From contig CAZAYL010000002.1 of assembly GCA_964489405.1 (NCBI GenBank), positions 1 through 62,680 of the forward strand: 62,680 bases of DNA, given 5' to 3'. A model generated the notes under the pieces. It ran no database searches, had not been told where the DNA came from, and saw only the letters and a list, made by a program, of their open reading frames with translations. Position numbers and translations under genes: made by a program. The stretch's first letter is position 1. Every line of letters starts with the position of its first letter. Below, one piece after another: positions 56,902 through 62,680 of the stretch. The DNA comes from an uncultured Lachnospiraceae bacterium (GTDB lineage Bacteria; Bacillota; Clostridia; Christensenellales; UBA1242).

Positions 56902-57888
56902 ATGGATAGATGTATTCCACCTTTTGAAATAACTAATGAAATGTTTGAAATATCAACCGAAATTATGGAAAATCTAGGAAAACTTTCAAATGTAAATGAA
57001 TTAGAAAAATTGCCAAGGCTTAGAAAAGTATCAAGAATAAAAAGCGTTCATTCCTCACTCTCTATTGAAAATAACACCTTATCCATAGAACAAGTAACAG
57101 ATATTTTGGATGGAAAAAGAGTTTTGGGACCAAGAGATGATATTGTTGCTGTCAAAAATGCTTTTGAAGCATACAAAGAGTTAGATTTTATCAATCCTTA
57201 TGAATTAAAAGATTTGTTGAAAATACATGGGATTATGATGAAGGATTTGGTTGAAGAAGCTGGTAATTTGCGTTCTAGAAATGTTGGGGTGTTTGATGAA
57301 CAAGGAAATATAGTTCATACTGCACCACCTGTTCAGATGGTAAGCGAATTGATTAATCAATTATTTGATTGGGTTAAAAATACAGAGATTCAAATGCTTA
57401 TTAAATCTAGTGTCTTTCATTACGAATTTGAGTTTATTCATCCTTTCCGTGATGGCAATGGCAGAATGGGAAGACTTTGGCAAACAGCACTTTTGTCAAG
57501 TTGGAAACCAATTTTTAAATATGTTCCAATAGAAAGTGTTATTAAAGATAATCAAGAAGAATATTACAATGCAATAGCAAGGTCAATGAGTGAAGGAACA
57601 TCAAATGCATTTATTCTTTTTATGCTTGATGTAATCAACAAAGCAATAAAGGATATTGTAAACGATTCACGAGATCATTACAATCACATAAATATTCCAA
57701 TAAATAAGCTTATGAAAGTGATGGAAACATATCCTCAATCAGCACGAATGATTATGGATAGATTGGGATTAAAATCTAGAATTGCGTTTAGAAAAAATTA
57801 TCTTAATCCAGCTTTAGATGCGGGATTGGTAGGAATGACGATTCCAGATAAGCCAACAAGCAAAAGTCAAATGTATTATAAGATATAA
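56902..57888 (+). CDS. Fic-domain protein with C-terminal winged-helix-like region
   Basis: 328 aa with Fic motif HPFRDGNGRMGR and the internal S-x-x-x-E-N motif (SLSIEN). C-terminal segment LNPALDAGLVGMTIPDKPTSKSQ. Confidence 0.88.
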   Translation: MDRCIPPFEITNEMFEISTEIMENLGKLSNVNELEKLPRLRKVSRIKSVHSSLSIENNTLSIEQVTDILDGKRVLGPRDDIVAVKNAFEAYKELDFINPYELKDLLKIHGIMMKDLVEEAGNLRSRNVGVFDEQGNIVHTAPPVQMVSELINQLFDWVKNTEIQMLIKSSVFHYEFEFIHPFRDGNGRMGRLWQTALLSSWKPIFKYVPIESVIKDNQEEYYNAIARSMSEGTSNAFILFMLDVINKAIKDIVNDSRDHYNHINIPINKLMKVMETYPQSARMIMDRLGLKSRIAFRKNYLNPALDAGLVGMTIPDKPTSKSQMYYKI

Positions 57889-58208
57889 AGGAGAAAAAAT
57901 GACAAATACTATTGATTTATTCACAAAGTAGCTTGCAAGAATAAAAATTGATAAACCATATATTTTACAACATATGCGTGATCTCCAAAGAGAATTACAG
58001 AAATATTATCTATTACTTTACTTCCATAATCTACTTAAAAGGAAAGAATTTATCTAACAATACAGTAAAAATACTTATGTATTGTGTAATACCACGTGTA
58101 GGTTTTGAAAGTATAAGTAAAGTGTATTATAATTTGGCGTTAGACATTGATTTTTAAGATGGGGGTAGATGTCTTAAATCTATCAGTGCCTTTAACAAAG
58201 GAGGAAAT

Positions 58209-59402
58209 ATGCCAAATTATGTACAACGGGGGAAAAGAATTTGCACACAGTGTGGGCGGGAATCAAACGGAGCGGTTTGCACTGGGTGTGGGGGTGCAAC
58301 GCTTGCTAGTGGCAAGTGGTCAGTTCGCTTTCGAACTTATGAAGACGGCGTTTGCGTCAACAAACGATTGTCGGGGTTTGCGACGCGCGCCGAGGCGGAG
58401 ATTGCCTACGATGTTTACGTTGCGACGCACAGAGCAGGAACCACAAATTTTGCGCGCTTGTTTGAACAATATTTGTCAGAAGTTCGATTTAGTCTTAAGG
58501 GCGCAACAATTTATAACAAAGTTAGAGTTTTTAGACGGCACATATTGCCGTATTTTGGCAATCGCGATGCTTTCAAGATTGCTAAGCACGAACTTATTGA
58601 GTGGCGTGCAAAACTACTCGAAACACAAAGTTTGCGTTCTTCACGCAAGTTGTCGATAAAGTACATCAATAGTATTCGCGCGGAGTTGTGTTCTTTTTAT
58701 AGCTATCTCAGTCAAACTTTTGACGTGCCAAATATCGTGCTTAATTTCAAACCACTCAAGCGCAATTGGGAACAAGTGCGTGAGATGCAGTTTTATGACT
58801 TCAAACAATTTCGGAGGTTCATAACTCGTATGCGTAGGGCAAAAAGCGAGCGAATCAAAAACCTTTGGGTTACCTTTTTTATGACGTTATACTATAGTGG
58901 GGCGCGCGTGGGCGAAGTTTTGGCGCTAAAAGATGAAGATATTGATTTTGTGGATGGGACGCTATATATTTGCAAGTCGCTGACGCGTAAAACTTTGGAC
59001 GGATCGCCATATAAAATTACAACTCCCAAAAATAAAAGCAGTATACGCAATATTAGCTTGCCTAAAGTTTTGATAAATCAATTGAAACAATTTTTGGCGT
59101 GGAAGCGCGCGCGTGGATTAGGTGCAGAATTTTTGTTTGGGAATGACGCTCCACTTGCAAGCTTCAGCTATTCGCGAATGCTAAAAAACTACGCAATTGT
59201 AGCTAATTTGCCCAAAATTCGCATCCACGACTTTCGCCACTCACACGCAAGTTTACTCATCAATATGGGTGCAAATGTTGCACTTGTGTCGCGTCGTTTA
59301 GGGCACTCAAACACGCAACAAACATTGAATACATATAGTCATATGTTCCCAAATTCCGACAGAGAAATTATACGCATTTTGGACAAAAATGCAGTCGTGT
59401 AG
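58209..59402 (+). CDS. Tyrosine recombinase/integrase with N-terminal zinc-ribbon-like CxxC...CxxC
   Basis: 397 aa with CTQCGRESNGAVCTGCGG and catalytic-region motifs GARVGEVLAL, HDFRHSHASLLI and LGHSNTQQTLNTYSH. AGGAGG SD. Confidence 0.88.
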   Translation: MPNYVQRGKRICTQCGRESNGAVCTGCGGATLASGKWSVRFRTYEDGVCVNKRLSGFATRAEAEIAYDVYVATHRAGTTNFARLFEQYLSEVRFSLKGATIYNKVRVFRRHILPYFGNRDAFKIAKHELIEWRAKLLETQSLRSSRKLSIKYINSIRAELCSFYSYLSQTFDVPNIVLNFKPLKRNWEQVREMQFYDFKQFRRFITRMRRAKSERIKNLWVTFFMTLYYSGARVGEVLALKDEDIDFVDGTLYICKSLTRKTLDGSPYKITTPKNKSSIRNISLPKVLINQLKQFLAWKRARGLGAEFLFGNDAPLASFSYSRMLKNYAIVANLPKIRIHDFRHSHASLLINMGANVALVSRRLGHSNTQQTLNTYSHMFPNSDREIIRILDKNAVV

Positions 59403-59495
59403 AGTAGGGGGAATATAGCATCAAAAAAGACAAAAACCTTTGCAAAAGTGGAAGAACATCTTGTTGATGTCCCGCACAATGCAAAGGTTTTTCTT

Positions 59496-59744
59496 TTATT
59501 CAATTTCGATAGATGGAGTAGAGATGCTTAGTGTCTCTTCTACTTTCTTTAGGCGCGTATCAAAATCTGCAATACTTGCCTTGACGGACGAAAGTTCCGC
59601 GCTAATCGCAGACAGTTGCGCGCCACAATCGCACGCATTGGCAATATTTCCAATTTGTGTTTTTAATTCCGCACGAACGCGTGAAATACGCTTCTCGAGT
59701 TCATTTATCGAGTCTTGTAAATTTGATATATTAAAATTTTCCAT
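59496..59744 (-). CDS. Small (82 aa) coiled-coil protein, unknown function
   Basis: AAAGGA SD and heptad-like sequence. It is preferred over the overlapping plus-strand ORF 59440-59856, which has no SD and low-complexity content. Confidence 0.5.
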   Translation of the reverse strand: MENFNISNLQDSINELEKRISRVRAELKTQIGNIANACDCGAQLSAISAELSSVKASIADFDTRLKKVEETLSISTPSIEIE

Positions 59745-59894
59745 ATTTTTCCTTTCGCAAAATGTTCAATTATATTATATCACACATTTTTCAAAATGTT
59801 CCCAAAAGTTTCGGGGAATTTATTTAAAATATTCAAAATCAATACAAATACAATAAAAATATGTTATTGTAGCCTTATAATGTTAAAATTATTA

Positions 59895-60884
59895 TTAAAT
59901 CTCCTTGTGTTCTTTGGCGAACTCGATTGAGCGGGTAGCGGTGGTGCGGATTGCGGTGTCGATGTCGTCAGGGAGAACTCCGAGTTTTTTATATGCGATT
60001 TTCGGGTCAATATGAGCGTTGCGGGTTTTGAACTCAAGAATTTTTACGGGATTTATTCCCGCCTCTAGCCCAGATTTGCGCCAAACTTTCATTTGTCTTT
60101 TTTTGTTTAGTTTGTACCAAAAGTTCTTGACGTACGGCACGTACGGTTTCATATTCAGTCCTTGGCAAATGAGTTCGTTGATGCGCTTGTATGAGTAGTT
60201 GTCGCCCGCGATTGCGATTGTTTCACCGCGCGTGAGTTTTTCGAACGCACCGCACACTGCTTGCGCGACTTGCTTTACCGTTATGACGGGAATCGTCCCG
60301 CGGAACGCCGAGTAGTTCGACGTGCGGTACATTTCCAAAATTTCGTCGCAGTGAAGCGGACGTCTTACGGGCATTGTTCCCCAAACTTGCGGGGCTTGCA
60401 AAACAATTACTTGGAACGATGTCGTATTGAATCTGCGCGCCGTATTTTCTTGGTCATAAGTTGCGCGGATGAAAGGGTGCCATTTTTCAAGGCGCAAGTC
60501 TGCCATAACGCTATTAAAGTAAACATATGCATTGCTAATCATCACGACTTTCTTGACGCCTGCGTCTTGTGCTAGTCGCAAAATGCGTTCGGTCGGGAAA
60601 ACGTTGTGAACCTTGAAGTAGTCGATAGCGGGTGCTTTGACAATATCGAGCGCGTTGGACGAACACGCATACAAAAGCCAGTCGGAACCTTTAATTAAAT
60701 CAATGAGTTCGTGGTCAGCCAACTGTTCAATGTTCCCCTGTGTGTATTCAACTTGCTTTGCAAAAATATCGCCTTTTGGCGGGGGAGTTAGCCCAAGACT
60801 TTTTACCTTGTGTCCGCGTGCGAGAAGTTCTTGCGAAACGTGATACCCGATGAGCCCCGTTCCGCCGACAATAAATGCTTTCAT
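59895..60884 (-). CDS. NAD(P)-binding epimerase/dehydratase-like (atypical SDR) protein
   Basis: 329 aa with Rossmann motif VGGTGLIGYHV and an AAGGAG SD. Higher G+C than its surroundings. Confidence 0.75.
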   Translation of the reverse strand: MKAFIVGGTGLIGYHVSQELLARGHKVKSLGLTPPPKGDIFAKQVEYTQGNIEQLADHELIDLIKGSDWLLYACSSNALDIVKAPAIDYFKVHNVFPTERILRLAQDAGVKKVVMISNAYVYFNSVMADLRLEKWHPFIRATYDQENTARRFNTTSFQVIVLQAPQVWGTMPVRRPLHCDEILEMYRTSNYSAFRGTIPVITVKQVAQAVCGAFEKLTRGETIAIAGDNYSYKRINELICQGLNMKPYVPYVKNFWYKLNKKRQMKVWRKSGLEAGINPVKILEFKTRNAHIDPKIAYKKLGVLPDDIDTAIRTTATRSIEFAKEHKEI

Positions 60885-61092
60885 ATCGTTTTCTCCTTTG
60901 GTGTGGTTTATTTGTTATTTATTATAACATTTTATTTTTAAAATTTCAATTTATTTTACTCTTTTTTCTCCTTTACGATATAAGTTATTTAATTTATATT
61001 GCTTTTGCAACAAAATATTTGAGAATATAATAATTTATTGCTAAAACCTTGCTATGACAATATAATTAAGGTGGAAATAAGGAGTTTCGAGT

Positions 61093-62592
61093 ATGAAAAC
61101 AGCAGTAATTTATGCTAGATATTCTAGCGATAGCCAAACCGAACAAAGTATCGAAGGGCAACTTAGAGTTTGCGGAGAATACGCGCAAAGGAACAACATT
61201 GTCGTAGTTGGGACATACATAGATAGGGCAATGACCGGTACAAATGACCACAGACCCGACTTCCAACGAATGATTAAGGATAGTTATAAAAAAGAATGGG
61301 ATTATGTCATTGTATATAAATTAGATAGATTTTCAAGGAATAAATATGAAACAACAATACACAAACACACATTATCTCAAAATGGTGTAAAGCTTCTATC
61401 CGCAATGGAAAATATTCCCGACACACCAGAAGGGATAATACTTGAGAGTTTGCTTGAAGGGATGAATCAATATTATTCAGCCGAACTCTCTCAAAAAGTT
61501 AAACGTGGCTTAAAAGAAAGTAGAATCAAAGGCAATTTTACGGGTGGGTGTATACTTTATGGATACTATGTTGAGAATCATAAAATAAAGATAAAGGAAA
61601 AGGAAGCTGAAGTTATTAGATATATTTATAAGCAATATTCACTCGGCATTTATGTTAATGAAATTATTGAATCACTAAACAAGCGACGAATTTTAAATCG
61701 CGGTAAACCTTTTACCCAAAGTGCAATATACAAAATGCTCCATAATGAGAAATATTCAGGGATTTATAGGTTCGATGACGAAATATATGAAAATATGTAT
61801 CCAAGAATTGTGCCCTTAGATGTCTTTGACAAAGTGCGCAATATATCAAGTGAAAATAAATATGGCAGAAGAAGTGTTGCAACTGTGTATTTATTAAGAA
61901 ATAAAATGATTTGTGGTTATTGCGGGATGTCAATTTGTGCCGAAAGTGGGACGGGGGGTAGAGGGGCAACTTTTCGTTATTATAAATGTCTTGGTAGAAA
62001 AAGAAAAAATGGGTGTACTCAGCCACTTTTTAAAAAAGAAATTTTTGAAGATTTTGTAATAAATACCATTTTAGAAATATTGAATAGTCCACAATATCGC
62101 GAAAAAATGATAAAAAATATATTAAAAACGCAACAATTATTATTTAAAGAGAATTCATTTTTAACAGCTTTGATTAAAGAGAAAAAACAAGCGGAGACGC
62201 GTTTGAATAACATAATGCAAGCAGTTGAACAAGGGTTGATGAATAGCACAACAAACAAAAGAATGAAAGATTTAGAAAAACAAATTGAAGAACTCGATAG
62301 AAGAATATTAATAGAGAAAAGCAAAATTGAAGCACCCCTTACAATTAAAGATATCCAAAATTTTTACTTGCAAGCCCTAAAAATGCAACCATATATGTTG
62401 ATAAATCATTTGATTAAAAATATAAAGGTTTATAAAGATAAACTTGAAATAATTCTCAATAACCCATTAGCAATAAGTCCTAATGACAGCCAAAAATTTT
62501 TGTTATATTCAAAAATTAAAAAATACCCTAAGCCCGTCCAAAACAAAAATATTCCAAACCACATTGACATATTGGTAAATATCTATGTCTAA
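61093..62592 (+). CDS. Large serine recombinase (resolvase catalytic domain, recombinase domain, zinc ribbon, coiled-coil)
   Basis: 499 aa with AVIYARYSSDSQ (catalytic Ser), YKLDRFSRN, CGYCGMSICAES...YYKC, and a C-terminal coiled-coil. Confidence 0.9.
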   Translation: MKTAVIYARYSSDSQTEQSIEGQLRVCGEYAQRNNIVVVGTYIDRAMTGTNDHRPDFQRMIKDSYKKEWDYVIVYKLDRFSRNKYETTIHKHTLSQNGVKLLSAMENIPDTPEGIILESLLEGMNQYYSAELSQKVKRGLKESRIKGNFTGGCILYGYYVENHKIKIKEKEAEVIRYIYKQYSLGIYVNEIIESLNKRRILNRGKPFTQSAIYKMLHNEKYSGIYRFDDEIYENMYPRIVPLDVFDKVRNISSENKYGRRSVATVYLLRNKMICGYCGMSICAESGTGGRGATFRYYKCLGRKRKNGCTQPLFKKEIFEDFVINTILEILNSPQYREKMIKNILKTQQLLFKENSFLTALIKEKKQAETRLNNIMQAVEQGLMNSTTNKRMKDLEKQIEELDRRILIEKSKIEAPLTIKDIQNFYLQALKMQPYMLINHLIKNIKVYKDKLEIILNNPLAISPNDSQKFLLYSKIKKYPKPVQNKNIPNHIDILVNIYV

Positions 62593-62599
62593 AAAAAAA

Positions 62600-62627
62600 G
62601 ACCTAAATCGAATGTTCGATTTAGGTC
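62600..62627. terminator. Hairpin after the serine recombinase gene
   Basis: gacctaaatcgaa / ttcgatttaggtc, a 13-bp inverted repeat. It is preceded by A9 but not followed by a T-run, so orientation and function are uncertain. Confidence 0.4.
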
Positions 62628-62680
62628 CCCATTGGCGGAATGTCAGACTTTTTATGCGAAACAAAATCATTTTTTATAGC

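Larger units (their letters stand above)
58150..62680. mobile_element. Probable integrated mobile DNA (extends beyond the window): tyrosine integrase, small coiled-coil gene, SDR gene, large serine recombinase
   Basis: Two recombinase genes and an abrupt composition change. Line 58261-58320 has 34 G+C out of 60, against 15 out of 60 in line 57961-58020. No att repeats could be identified inside the window. Confidence 0.5.

Noticed and set aside
58147-58659. 170-aa ORF overlapping the start of the tyrosine integrase gene in another frame.
   Set aside because: The local high G+C suppresses stop codons. The integrase frame has an AGGAGG SD and catalytic motifs, whereas this frame has none.
59440-59856. 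138-aa plus-strand ORF overlapping the 82-aa minus-strand coiled-coil ORF.
   Set aside because: It has no SD. It begins inside the terminator hairpin of the integrase gene, and the sequence is low-complexity. The minus-strand ORF has an SD and heptad periodicity. Neither call is certain.
1-62680. Alternative genetic code (TGA read as Trp, Mollicutes-like), considered because of the low G+C.
   Set aside because: Conserved genes (dnaA, dnaN, mnmG, mnmE, parAB, folD) are full-length with TGG Trp codons. They have no in-frame TGA and end at positions consistent with homologues, so the standard code fits.
57900-62680. Prophage.
   Set aside because: Only recombinases, an SDR gene and a small coiled-coil gene are visible. 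No capsid, portal, terminase, tail or lysis genes occur in the window. I therefore call it only generic mobile DNA.

Overview
This window is the origin-proximal chromosomal region of a low-G+C Firmicutes-type bacterium. It uses the standard genetic code and carries Spo0A and a SigH-like sigma factor.

Housekeeping content:
- tRNA-Arg(ACG) and folD.
- The mrnC-rlmB-sigH-dnaX-ybaB-recR block, followed by two unknown genes and an RluA-family synthase.
- An RNA uracil methyltransferase, greA, parB-parA, mnmG and mnmE.
- dnaA and dnaN, transcribed divergently around a DnaA-box/AT-rich candidate oriC.
- rpmH-rnpA-yidD-yidC-jag, located downstream of dnaN.
- A CCA/poly(A)-polymerase-family gene, rmuC, radC, degV, two flavoproteins, an ABC-F ATPase and spo0A.

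Accessory content:
- Two giant surface proteins: a 2058-aa lipoprotein with many Fn3-like modules and a GLUG-repeat C-terminus, and a 1676-aa protein combining NPCBM-like, transglutaminase-like, discoidin and Pmp-beta-helix regions.
- Two Fic proteins.
- A 58-codon remnant of a helicase-like gene.
- A visibly higher-G+C islet with a tyrosine integrase.
- A large serine recombinase at the right edge.

I recognise no CRISPR array, restriction-modification system, retron or classical toxin-antitoxin pair.

Signals I consider most worth follow-up:
1. dnaX is split by a -1 frame change exactly at an A9 tract. This is either programmed slippage giving gamma/tau-like products or a homopolymer sequencing error.
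2. The origin architecture is non-canonical. dnaA and dnaN are divergent, DnaA-box clusters lie on both sides of dnaN, and the dnaN terminator stem is built from two perfect inverted DnaA boxes.
3. Four perfect palindromic parS sites lie within 472 bp, inside a 1.7-kb ORF-free, extremely AT-rich region.
4. A composite repeat consists of an AT-rich tandem array capped by a roughly 70% G+C module. A second copy of the module sits next to the tRNA.
5. At least six genes, including dnaA and mnmE, have a -10 box 5-6 nt upstream of the ATG, which implies leaderless mRNAs.
6. A translationally coupled pair of unknown genes follows recR: an acidic, apparently disordered 785-aa protein and a 425-aa protein with a transglutaminase-like Cys-His-Asp pattern.
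7. A Fic cassette bracketed by a perfect 20-bp direct repeat is inserted between mnmE and dnaA.

All functional calls rest on motif recognition by eye. No database search was run.
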